64,000 nucleotides of DNA from Dehalococcoidia bacterium. GTDB lineage: Bacteria > Chloroflexota > Dehalococcoidia > Plut-88900. A program made the position numbers and the translations under genes. Below the pieces are notes generated by a model. It saw only the letters and a program-made list of their open reading frames with translations. It searched no databases and was not told the DNA's origin. Below are positions 35,129-44,625 of the stretch, piece after piece (the first letter of the stretch is position 1; the number at the start of each line of letters is the position of its first letter). Where the stretch lies: assembly GCA_965207225.1 (NCBI GenBank), contig CBDBLV010000001.1, positions 160,001-224,000 on the forward strand, written 5' to 3'.

Positions 35129-36007
35129 GGATGGGACTGCGACCCATTCGAGGCTAGGGTGGAAGACGGCAGGTTGTATGGTTTAGGCTCAGTGGATATG
35201 AAGGGCGCTCTTGCGGCGACCCTCATCGCGGCAAAAGCCTACGCCGGCCTGGATACCGGCGAACCCTTAACCCTGATTTACACCACCGATGAGGAAACCG
35301 ACACCCAGGGAGCGCGCCGCATCGTCGACGAATCAGAAGTGCTTGGTTCCGTCGGGCCCCGGTACTGCATAATCGCCGAGCCGACGAACCTGCAGGTAGT
35401 CAATACTCACAAGGCGGCTATCACCTTCAAGGCCACGGCTCAGGGGAGGGCGGCCCACAGCTCCAGTGGCAAAGGTGTGAATGCGAACATCGCGATGATC
35501 CCCTTCATCCACGAAATGGGCAGGCTCTATGAAGAACTGGTCGAGGACGAGGCGTACTGGGACCCGGACTTCGAGCCTCCGTTTCCGGACTGGAATATCA
35601 CCATAGACAACCACGGCACGGCAGCCAACGTGACCGTGCCCCTGAGCACTTGTCGGGTGAATTTCCGCTACAGCCGTGCCTTGGATCCGGGGGCAGTGAT
35701 GGCTAGAGTCAGGGAGTCGGCAGAAAAGGCCGGTGTAGAGCTGGAATCCTGGAGCAGCGGACCCCCGCTCTATCTCCCGCCCGAATCCGAACTCGTGCAA
35801 CTTGCGCTGGAAGTCACGGGCGAACAGGCGCCCATTTCCGTGCCATACCGAACGGATGGCTGCATGTTGGCCGAAGCTGTCCCATGCATCGTGGTTGGCC
35901 CCGGCGATCTCAGGCAGGCCCATACGGTAAATGAGTGGGTAAGCGTGGAACAGCTTCACCGGAGTGTCGACCTATATCTGAAGTTCATTCAGGCCGTCTG
36001 CCGCTAG
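35129..36007 (+). pseudogene. ArgE/DapE (M20) deacylase, 5'-truncated by IS
   Basis: Starts at GWDCDPF..GRLYGLGSVDMKG..DEE..AEPT..AH. The N-terminal GHxD ligand region is absent. Confidence 0.8.
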
Positions 36008-36044
36008 GGCGGCTTCTCGCCTCAAGGAGGCCGAAATGTGTGCT

Positions 36045-37139
36045 ATGCGTTACCCGACATGGGACGAATTCCTGGGCGACTGGGAAGAATTCATCAAGGG
36101 CAGTTTTGGGGACAGGCCGATGTTCCCGACCCTTGCGCCCGAAACACCCACGTTCATGGGCCTGCCCGAGGCCAAGTCCCCTGAAGACCTGAAAGACGTG
36201 GATGCAGCGATTATCGGGGCGCCCTACGTAGCTACCACCCATGAGACCTATGCGGGCGTAGACCGGAACGAATGGCTTTCGGCGCCGAAGAGAGTGAGGC
36301 AGCAGTCTGCCCGGTATCAGTCGGGGTACATCCAGGAATTCAGGATGGACGTGTTCGACCATCTGAAAGTGGTCGACTACGGAGACGCCCCAATACCCGA
36401 AGAGGTGATGAAGGTGCAGTCCCCCGAAAACATCCTCAAGGCCCAGGCCGCAGTGGAGATGAAGGTGGGACAGGTGCTGGATGCAGGGGCCATCCCCGTG
36501 GTAATCGGGCAGAACTCGCCTTGCGGCTCCTATGCCATCGCAAAGCCGATAGCGGAGCGCACGGAGGGTTCGGTGGGGTGCGTAAGCCTCGACACCCACT
36601 GGGACATTCAACCCCTGGATTTCCTGTCCCAGGACCCGAGGATCGCGGGGTCTGCGAGCTGGAAGCACAAGATGTACGAGTTCCACGAAAACATGCACCC
36701 CCAGCATCTCGTCGAGATCGGTGAGAGGGGGATGCTGGAGAGGAAGGACCTGGTAGAGTCGTACATTGACCGAGGGGCAAGGTTCATATCATCGTGGGAG
36801 GTGCGGGACGATCTGGGGATGAGGGGTGTGGCCCATGAATTGGACCGTGCCTACAACGGCACCAAAGCTGTTTACGTCCACTTCGACATGGACGTAATGG
36901 GGGGTGCAGGTCCGGCTCCCGGGGATATCCTTGGGGAGGCGGTTGAACCCATAGGACTATCGGATTTTGAGATAATCAAGATAGCACACGAGGTTGGAAA
37001 GCGAGGGGTGTCGGGGTTCTCGTTTATCTGCATTCCCCCGGGGTCGGCGGTGGTCTACCGGGTGATCGTATACGTGATCATGTACATGCTGGCCGGGGTA
37101 GCGATGGCCAAGAGGGATGGGACGTACCTCTTGAAGTAG
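36045..37139 (+). CDS. Ureohydrolase (agmatinase/arginase-like) family protein
   Basis: TFMGLP, IIGAPY, VVDYGD, LDTHWD, HFDMDVM. Confidence 0.85.
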   Translation: MRYPTWDEFLGDWEEFIKGSFGDRPMFPTLAPETPTFMGLPEAKSPEDLKDVDAAIIGAPYVATTHETYAGVDRNEWLSAPKRVRQQSARYQSGYIQEFRMDVFDHLKVVDYGDAPIPEEVMKVQSPENILKAQAAVEMKVGQVLDAGAIPVVIGQNSPCGSYAIAKPIAERTEGSVGCVSLDTHWDIQPLDFLSQDPRIAGSASWKHKMYEFHENMHPQHLVEIGERGMLERKDLVESYIDRGARFISSWEVRDDLGMRGVAHELDRAYNGTKAVYVHFDMDVMGGAGPAPGDILGEAVEPIGLSDFEIIKIAHEVGKRGVSGFSFICIPPGSAVVYRVIVYVIMYMLAGVAMAKRDGTYLLK

Positions 37140-37156
37140 GGATATGGGGTGACGAA

Positions 37157-37197
37157 GGGAAGGGTCGGCCGGCTCTGCCGGCCGACCCTTCCCGTTT
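37157..37197. terminator. Intrinsic terminator between convergent genes
   Basis: GGGAAGGGTCGGCCGGC-tct-GCCGGCCGACCCTTCCC. Confidence 0.8.
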
Positions 37198-37239
37198 CGG
37201 TTGAGAGAGATAGACCCAACCCAAGTGTTACTCGGCTCC

Positions 37240-38598
37240 CTATGCCTTCCTGAACCCCGAGCCGTACATGATATTCCCGTAGTAGTTGAACGATTTTCTC
37301 GCCGCGGGGTCATCGAAGTGGTAGTCGGCGCCCAGCTGTCTTGCGGTGGCGAGGCCGCTGACGAGGCAGGTCTCCTGGCTGTTGATCAACGTGTGTGCTC
37401 CGCAGTGCCATGTTCGTCTCCTGCCCTGGATGAATCGGAATAAGGGGACAAGCAACGCAACGTGGCGCACGTCATGGACTATATGCTGAAAGGAGAACTT
37501 TGCCAGTACCTTTCTATCGTCAATGGGCTTGTGAGGGTTATAGGTTACGAGGCAAGGCTTGTCGGAGTTACCGGCCCAGGGCTGCTGGTTATGCATGATG
37601 TAGGTGATTTCATAGTTGTCCGGTTTCTCACCGTACTGTTCGATGTGGTTGCTGCGGGTGGTGAGGGGTTGGGCTTCGTTGTCGGGGAGGACTGAGGAAT
37701 CGTGATGCACGACGGCCTTGTGATGGATCTCGCCGTCGTACCGGGTGGACGAAAGGATGTAACGCTCCAGGGACGTGGGCTTGTCGAGAATCCGCAGGGT
37801 CTGGTCCGCGTTGCATGCTAAGACAACCTCGTCGAACTCCTCTAGATCCCCTGCTTCGTCTTCTACGACGGCCCGTGAATTTTCCCTGTAGAGCTTGTGG
37901 ACGGGGCGACTCAGGTAGATCTTGTCTCGGAAGTTGGCCGTCAGGTTCTCGTAGATGCGTCGGGTGCCCTGGTCCCAGGTCTGCATAGGGGTGGCGGACT
38001 CTATGTTGAAGAATTCGAGGTACCGGGCGAACAGTGCGGCAGGCATATCGAAAATGTGTGTCGCCAGCACAAAGTTGATGAACATTGGCTTGAGGACCTT
38101 GTACCTGAAGTCGTCGGAGAATCTGCCCAGGTCCAGAACCCTGCCCATGCTTATGTAGTTGAAGGGGTTGACTGCATTCAACAGCTGTGATTGAGAGCGG
38201 GTCAGCCAGCCAAACCAGTGCAGATACCTCAAGAGCCTCTGAAATCGCTCGATCTCGGGTTGCAGCTGCCGCCTGATGTCGGAATCAAAGTCATGGGCGT
38301 AGATGCCTTCGCCGTACTTCACGCTGTAGCTGAACTTAGTGTCGACCAATTCAATGCCGAATTTCTTCATAAGTAGGACGATGTGGTCGTAGACCGAGGG
38401 AATGCAGGCGGTCACGGAGATATCGAATGGGATTGAACTGCCGTCGTCCTGGGGCATATCGACGGTGATGGCATTGCCGCCGACCTGTTCCCGGGCCTCG
38501 AACAGACGAAAGTCAAAGCGGTCGGGGTGATGATGCAACGCCCACGCCGCCCCCAGCCCCGATACCCCTCCTCCGATGATGGCGATTCTGCGTGGCAT
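37240..38598 (-). CDS. FAD-dependent oxidoreductase (COG2907/amine oxidase-like)
   Basis: IAIIGGGVSGL, LFEAREQVGGNA, QGRRRTWHCGA. Confidence 0.85.
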   Translation of the reverse strand: MPRRIAIIGGGVSGLGAAWALHHHPDRFDFRLFEAREQVGGNAITVDMPQDDGSSIPFDISVTACIPSVYDHIVLLMKKFGIELVDTKFSYSVKYGEGIYAHDFDSDIRRQLQPEIERFQRLLRYLHWFGWLTRSQSQLLNAVNPFNYISMGRVLDLGRFSDDFRYKVLKPMFINFVLATHIFDMPAALFARYLEFFNIESATPMQTWDQGTRRIYENLTANFRDKIYLSRPVHKLYRENSRAVVEDEAGDLEEFDEVVLACNADQTLRILDKPTSLERYILSSTRYDGEIHHKAVVHHDSSVLPDNEAQPLTTRSNHIEQYGEKPDNYEITYIMHNQQPWAGNSDKPCLVTYNPHKPIDDRKVLAKFSFQHIVHDVRHVALLVPLFRFIQGRRRTWHCGAHTLINSQETCLVSGLATARQLGADYHFDDPAARKSFNYYGNIMYGSGFRKA

Positions 38599-38771
38599 AG
38601 CCTTGGCGTTTAGCTCGCCTCCGGGCCTGGTTCGGCCTTCGGCCCAATCACGGTTATGAATTCGAGCCTAGTCCTATGTGTGTCACCGACAATAAAGCGG
38701 CAACGCCGGAATCACTGTGAAAGCCTAATAAAGAGAGGACATAAATTGAGATGCGAAAGGGTTGTCAGTTT

Positions 38772-39125
38772 TGGTGGAGACGGGGGAGGGTCGAACTCCC
38801 CGTCCAGAAGGTGGCCCCCAGGGCGTCTACAGGCTTAGACGGAACTTAAATCTCACCTACCGGGCCGCAACCGACGACGGTGCCGGTAGACCAGCTGATG
38901 AGTCTTAGCCTGGCCCTATCAGCGACGGGACAGGAGCACCTCGATTTGCATCGCCCTGAGACGGCCTTCGAGGAGAGACCGAACAGGACGGGTTACCTAG
39001 TGTCTAGGCAGCCAGTGCCAACTGACGTTTGCCAGTTATATCTTTGCCGTTGGTTTAACGAGTCCCACGGCGCCTCGGCCTGCAACCCTGGGTAACCGTG
39101 GCTCCTGTCGAACCCACGCGTCCCC
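38772..39125 (-). ncRNA. ssrA: tmRNA; tag peptide (A)GKRQLALAA at 39004-39033
   Basis: 5' GGGGAC..TTCGACAG, 3' TTCGAC..GTCTCCACCA, ATAACT-GGC resume context. Next to smpB. Confidence 0.96.
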
Positions 39126-39182
39126 ATGAGGCAACAATGAATTTTAGCATAACGGACCAGCCGGGTTGTGGCGGGCCGTCGA

Positions 39183-39641
39183 CTAGCTGCGCCGGACGGC
39201 CTCCTTGAGGACGGCCCGCTGCATCTGGCGGTCGGCCTCCCGACGGGCGATTGCCGCTCGCTTGTCGTAGAGCCTGCGGCCTCGGGCCAGGCCCAGCTCC
39301 ACTTTGGCCCTGTGGTTCTTGATATACATCCTCAGCGGCACAAGGGTCAGGCCTTTCTCCTGCACCTTGGAAGTCAGGTCGTCAATCTGGCCCCGGTGCA
39401 TTAGGACCTTGCGAGGGCGCATTGGTTCGTGATTGGCCCTGTTGCCGTTCGCATAGGGGGCTATGTGAGCGTTGAAGAGCCACAGCTCACCGCCTTCGGG
39501 TCGGGCGAAGGCGTCCCGTATGTTAACCCTGCCGTCTCGTATGGACTTAATCTCCGTACCCGTAAGGACGAGTCCGCCTTCGATGGACTCCAGGATGTCG
39601 TATTCGTAACGGGCTCTGCGGTTGACGGTTATGGTCTTCAT
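39183..39641 (-). CDS. smpB: SsrA-binding protein
   Basis: NRRARYEY..GTEIKSIR..LARGRRLYDKR. Confidence 0.97.
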   Translation of the reverse strand: MKTITVNRRARYEYDILESIEGGLVLTGTEIKSIRDGRVNIRDAFARPEGGELWLFNAHIAPYANGNRANHEPMRPRKVLMHRGQIDDLTSKVQEKGLTLVPLRMYIKNHRAKVELGLARGRRLYDKRAAIARREADRQMQRAVLKEAVRRS

Positions 39642-39656
39642 TGCAGCCCCGATGCA

Positions 39657-41123
39657 CTAGCCCGAAATGGCAAGCAGGTGCTCCACGGCCGCTTCCAGTT
39701 GGACGTCCTTCTGGGCTGCAAGGTCGGCCTCTGTGAAGGAAACGAGGATGTCGGGTTCGATTCCGAAGCCCTCGATGACATCACCGTCGGGGGTGAACCA
39801 GCGGGCGAAGGTGACGTACAGGCCCGACCCGTCTGACAGGGGGTTTAGTCTAGTAACACTGCCCTTGCCGAAAGTGGGCAACCCAATGAGCTGCGCCCGA
39901 CCTCGGTCCTGGAGTGCACCTGCCAGCACCTCGGCGCCGCTGGCGCTGTGGGCATCGACCAGGACGGCCAGCGGGATGTCCAGAGCAACGCCGCCCGACG
40001 TTGCATTCCAGTCGGTACGGGTGCCGTCCCTCTCCATTTCAATCAGGACCAGGCCGCCATCCAGGAAGATGTCGGCAACCTGCACCGTTTCCCTCAGAAG
40101 GCCTCCCGGGTTCTGGCGCACATCCAGTATTACTCCCCGAGCTCCTTGCTCTATAGCCTCTTCCAATACTGACTCAACCTCGGATGGGGTGCGTCGGGTG
40201 AAGAGATTTATCCTGATGCGGTAGATGCCATCGTCAAGGGTCTCCGAATAGACGCTGTCGATGGGGATGTTTCCTCGTACGATGACCACGCGCTCGGGAT
40301 CGTGTTTCAGCAGGTGCTTGATCAGGAGCTCGACCGGTGTGCCCTCTGGGCCGCGGATGCGCAGTATCGACTCCTGTAGGCTGATGGTATTGGCCTCTAC
40401 GCCATCGATTTCCAGGATGATGTCGCCGGCCAGGATGCCGGCGGCCTCGGCGGGGGAGTTCTCCATGGGGGAGATGATTATCGGGTACCCCTCGCTGTTG
40501 GTTCCCACATAGGCGCCGATTCCATGGAAGGAGCCCTCGAGGTCCGACTGGTCAAGCCGCAGGTCGTCACGGGACAGGTAGGCGGTGTATGGGTCGGCCA
40601 GGGCCCCGACCATTCCCTTGATGGCAGCGATGTTCAAGTCGTAAACATCCAGCCTCTCATCCTCCGGTCGGGTGTAGGCATAGGCGAACACTTCATAGGC
40701 CTCTTCAAGCTCATCGCCGCCTGGAACGGAGAAATAATTCTCCTCCAGCTCCAGGTCGTACTCAAGGGCCCGGGCCTGGGCAATCGAAAGAGTCGATTCC
40801 TCCATCGCATCAAGGATGCCGAAAATGGCGCCGTCGCTCAGGACACGTGGGTCAATGTTGTCGATGTCTACGTACTCCCGCTGGACAATGCGCCAGGCCT
40901 CGAAAAGGGCCCGGGTCTCGTCGGGGAGGGCGATAGTGCGGGGTTCCTCCGGGGGAGCGACGGTGGCCGTCGGGGGAGATTCGGAAGGGGAGTCGGAAGA
41001 CGGTGATTGTGCGGTCGCAGGGTCTTGAGGAGTCGGGTCTACTCCATTTCCGCCGCATGCGGCGGCGAACAAGAATAGGGAAGATATCAATAGAGCTAGG
41101 ACAGTGCGTTTCACAGTTAACAT
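39657..41123 (-). CDS. ctpA: S41 carboxyl-terminal protease, lipoprotein
   Basis: Lipobox AAAC, PDZ domain, DVRQNPGG, SASGAE, TFGKG. Confidence 0.92.
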   Translation of the reverse strand: MLTVKRTVLALLISSLFLFAAACGGNGVDPTPQDPATAQSPSSDSPSESPPTATVAPPEEPRTIALPDETRALFEAWRIVQREYVDIDNIDPRVLSDGAIFGILDAMEESTLSIAQARALEYDLELEENYFSVPGGDELEEAYEVFAYAYTRPEDERLDVYDLNIAAIKGMVGALADPYTAYLSRDDLRLDQSDLEGSFHGIGAYVGTNSEGYPIIISPMENSPAEAAGILAGDIILEIDGVEANTISLQESILRIRGPEGTPVELLIKHLLKHDPERVVIVRGNIPIDSVYSETLDDGIYRIRINLFTRRTPSEVESVLEEAIEQGARGVILDVRQNPGGLLRETVQVADIFLDGGLVLIEMERDGTRTDWNATSGGVALDIPLAVLVDAHSASGAEVLAGALQDRGRAQLIGLPTFGKGSVTRLNPLSDGSGLYVTFARWFTPDGDVIEGFGIEPDILVSFTEADLAAQKDVQLEAAVEHLLAISG

Positions 41124-41310
41124 TTGAACCGGGCCTCTAGGACGTGCGAGGAACAGTAGTTTTCCTAAATGTGACCTACGAAAAGTTTAGCACGGTCATC
41201 GTGGTGCTCCAATTTCCAATAAGGATAACGTTGACACTAGGGAAAGGGTGTCCATAGAATCTTAGTCCCCCGATTCCCCTGGCCAAAGCTCACCCGTTGG
41301 AGAGGCTGAC

Positions 41311-42012
41311 ATGGCTGTCGGCAGACAGATTTACGAGTTGCACCTGCTCGATGCTTCCATTATCGATACAGAAGCTGGGTTGGCCTCGGTCAACCGGAAA
41401 TTGGCGGACGAATCGGAGGTCCGCGTAGCCGAGGCCAATCTGCAGCGCGCTAGGGAGAAGCTGGCTGAAGTTGAGCGCCGCCAACGGGAATCCGAGGCCC
41501 TGATAGCTGATATACAGGCGAGGCTCGGGCCCCTGGAAAAGAGGACCTACGATGGCAGCGTCACGAACTCGCGCGAATTGGAAGGTATGCAAAGAGAGGT
41601 CGAGAACCTTAAGGGGCGCCTCTCCGATGCTGAGGACAACTATCTCGGAGTACTGGATGAACATGACACTGCATCGAAGTTCTTTGCTGAAAGGGAAGTT
41701 CAACGATCTGACACCGAGAAGAAAAGGAAGACAGACGTAAAGGACTTGACGGAAGAGAAGGACAGGTTGGAGTTCGAATTGCTGGAGCTATGGGAGAAGC
41801 GCGACGGCAAAGCTGCCGAGGTGGACGGTGCTCCCAAGGGTCTGTATGAGTCACTGCGGAAGTCACTGGGTGGACTCGCCGTAGCTACTATAGGAAGAGG
41901 GATGTGCAACAACTGCCGGCTATCCCTGCCGATGAACGTGGTGCAGAAGGCCAGGGCTGGAAGGGAACTGTCCCAGTGCCCAAGCTGCACGAGGATCCTG
42001 TGGGTTGAGTAG
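41311..42012 (+). CDS. Coiled-coil C4 zinc-ribbon protein (DUF164/zf-RING_7)
   Basis: Long coiled coil, then CNNC..CPSCTRIL. Confidence 0.88.
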   Translation: MAVGRQIYELHLLDASIIDTEAGLASVNRKLADESEVRVAEANLQRAREKLAEVERRQRESEALIADIQARLGPLEKRTYDGSVTNSRELEGMQREVENLKGRLSDAEDNYLGVLDEHDTASKFFAEREVQRSDTEKKRKTDVKDLTEEKDRLEFELLELWEKRDGKAAEVDGAPKGLYESLRKSLGGLAVATIGRGMCNNCRLSLPMNVVQKARAGRELSQCPSCTRILWVE

Positions 42013-42201
42013 ATGAGGACTGGATGTGGGGCAATAGGCCGGAATGAATAGGGTTACAGTCAATTGGGATGAGCATTCCCAGCTTCCGATTCCTCTCTCC
42101 GATCCGCCTGTCCTTCGCTAATCCAAATGCCAACTGGCGACCCCAGACAATCGCAGTGTTTGACCTGACCGCTTGCCTAGAATAGTCTTGATTGGGACAT
42201 T

Positions 42202-42539
42202 GGAGACTGGGCGGTCGCCTGCCCTTGGGCGGGAGGAAAGTCCGAGCTCCACCGGGAAGGATGCTGGGTAACTCCCAGGAGGGGAAACCCTACGGAAAGT
42301 GCCACAGAAACATACCGCCCGCCTCAGGCGGGTAAGGGTGAAATGGCGAGGTAAGAGCTCACCAGTAGACCGGGAGACCGGCTAGCTAGGCAAACCCCAT
42401 CCGGAGCAAGGCCAAATAGGAGGACTAAGGGACCCGGCCCGTCCTCGGGTTGGCTGCTTGAGCCCGACGGCAACGTCGGGCCCAGATAGATGGCCGCCGT
42501 CCGCCTCTGGCGGATACAGAACTCGGCTTACAGGTCTCC
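42202..42539 (+). ncRNA. rnpB: RNase P RNA (type A)
   Basis: GAGGAAAGTCCGAGCTC, AGTGCCACAGAAA, ACAGAACTCGGCTTA. P1 helix GGAGAC/GTCTCC. Confidence 0.97.
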
Positions 42540-42649
42540 GCAAGTCCCTGCGGGGTGGCGCTTGCGCCGCCCCGCGCTTTCTTGAATACGCAATACGCGG
42601 ACATATATACTGAGCTATCGCCCTCGTTTAGCCTTGCCGGGAGGCAGCC

Positions 42650-44620
42650 ATGACCACCTTGAAAAAGGCCCCTGAAGTCACCGAGATCGACTCCTCCTCT
42701 TCCCATCCCCTCGACCCCCTGTCCGCCGACGAGATTCTTCGCGCAGTTGCGATATTGAACCGCGACGAGAATATCGGGGCACGGGTGAGGTACGAGACCG
42801 TCGTACTCAACGAACCTCCCAAGAATGCCGTCCTGGACTACGACGGAACACATACCTTCCCCAGGGAAGCTTTCATCTGTCTCCTGGATAACGACAGCCG
42901 TCGCACTTATGAGGCCGTCGTCTCCCTGTCTGATGACAAAGTGAAGTCCTTTACCCACATCCCCGGGGTCCAGCCCAAGATAATGCTGGATGAGTTCTAT
43001 GAGTGCGAGCAAGCTGTAAAGGCCGACCCGGCCTTCAGGCAAGCTCTCGCCATGCGGGGTATCACCGACATCGATCTCGTCATGGTTGACCCGTGGTCAG
43101 CGGGGAACTACGGGATAGAGGGCGAGGATGGGATGCGGCTGTCCTACTCCCTTTGCTGGCTCAGGTCCAGTCCGAAGGACAACGGCTACGCTCGCCCTAT
43201 CGAAGGTGTAGTGCCCGTAGTGGACCTCAACGAGATGAAGGTGCTGCGGGTTATCGACCATGGTGTCGTACCCCTTCCGCCTAACGATGGCAACTACTCC
43301 CAGAACTTCATCCACGATTTTCGAAAGGACCTGAAACCCATCGAAATCACCCAGCCCGAAGGCCCGAGCTTCACCGTGGACGGCTGGCACGTCTCCTGGC
43401 AGAAGTGGGAGATGCGTCTCGGCTTTACGCCGAGGGAGGGGTTGGTCTTATACGACATTGCATACCGAGACCAGGGGCGTCGGAGGCCTATCATCTACCG
43501 GGCGTGCCTATCCGAAATGGTCGTTCCCTACGGTGAACCTAACGGCCCGCACTTCCGCAAGAACGCCTTCGACGCTGGTGAGTACGGCATCGGCAACTTG
43601 ACCAACTCTCTGACCCTCGGGTGCGACTGCCTAGGCGAGATCTACTATTTCGACGCCGTGACTAATGACACCCAGGGCGGCGTCATGGAGATCCCGAACG
43701 CTATCTGCATGCACGAAGAGGACTACGGCATCCTGTGGAAGCATGTCGACTGGCGTACGGGGGAGACGGAGGTGCGCAGGTCCCGGCGCCTGGTGGTCTC
43801 CTTCATCTCCACGGTCGGCAACTACGAATACGGCTTCTTCTGGTACTTCTACCAGGACGGGACTATCCAGTACGAGGTCAAGCTGACTGGCGTGGTCAAC
43901 AACGCGGCCGTGCCCCCGGGGCACGAGCCTGAGCACGGGACCCTGATAGCACCCCAGCTGGCCGCCCATATCCATCAACACTTCTTCAACGTCAGGATGG
44001 ACATGGCCGTGGATGGGCAAAAGAACTCGGTCTACGAAGTGAATACTCACGCCAACCCCCCCGACGAAAACAACCCCCACCACAATGCCTTCTACGCGGA
44101 GAGGACACTGCTTAAATCCGAGCAAGAAGCTCAACGCAACATCGACCCTTACTCCGCCCGGTACTGGCTGATAGCCAACGAATCGGAGACCAACTATCTC
44201 GGTCAGAAGACCTCCTACAAGCTGATGCCGGGCGAAAACGTGCTGCCCTTTGCTCAAGATGATGCCTCCGTCATCAAGAGAGCAGGTTTTATGACCAAGC
44301 ACCTATGGGTCACCCCTTATGATCCAAGTGAGATGAACGCCTCCGGCGACTACCCCAACCAGCACCCAGGCGGAGGCGGTCTCCCTGCGTACACCGAAGC
44401 CAACCGCAGCGTTGAGGATATCGACCTAGTGGTCTGGTACACCTTCGGTCATCACCACGTCCCCAGACCCGAGGACTGGCCCGTCATGCCGGTAATGTAC
44501 TCGGGATTCAGCCTGAAACCCGTGAGTTTCTTCGACCGGAACCCGGCCCTGGACGTTCCTCCTTCGCATCACCTGAACGGGCATGGCAGCAACGGGCAAC
44601 ACAGGTCTTGCCATGCATGA
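42650..44620 (+). CDS. tynA: Copper amine oxidase
   Basis: HPLDPL, TVGNYEY (TPQ site), HQH, HHVPRPEDWPVMP. Confidence 0.96.
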   Translation: MTTLKKAPEVTEIDSSSSHPLDPLSADEILRAVAILNRDENIGARVRYETVVLNEPPKNAVLDYDGTHTFPREAFICLLDNDSRRTYEAVVSLSDDKVKSFTHIPGVQPKIMLDEFYECEQAVKADPAFRQALAMRGITDIDLVMVDPWSAGNYGIEGEDGMRLSYSLCWLRSSPKDNGYARPIEGVVPVVDLNEMKVLRVIDHGVVPLPPNDGNYSQNFIHDFRKDLKPIEITQPEGPSFTVDGWHVSWQKWEMRLGFTPREGLVLYDIAYRDQGRRRPIIYRACLSEMVVPYGEPNGPHFRKNAFDAGEYGIGNLTNSLTLGCDCLGEIYYFDAVTNDTQGGVMEIPNAICMHEEDYGILWKHVDWRTGETEVRRSRRLVVSFISTVGNYEYGFFWYFYQDGTIQYEVKLTGVVNNAAVPPGHEPEHGTLIAPQLAAHIHQHFFNVRMDMAVDGQKNSVYEVNTHANPPDENNPHHNAFYAERTLLKSEQEAQRNIDPYSARYWLIANESETNYLGQKTSYKLMPGENVLPFAQDDASVIKRAGFMTKHLWVTPYDPSEMNASGDYPNQHPGGGGLPAYTEANRSVEDIDLVVWYTFGHHHVPRPEDWPVMPVMYSGFSLKPVSFFDRNPALDVPPSHHLNGHGSNGQHRSCHA

Positions 44621-44625
44621 AGCGG

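Noticed and set aside
37240-38771. Genomic island integrated at the ssrA 3' end
   Set aside because: No integrase and no duplicated tmRNA 3' fragment were seen.
42425-43042. 205-aa minus-strand ORF
   Set aside because: Overlaps rnpB and tynA in antisense.
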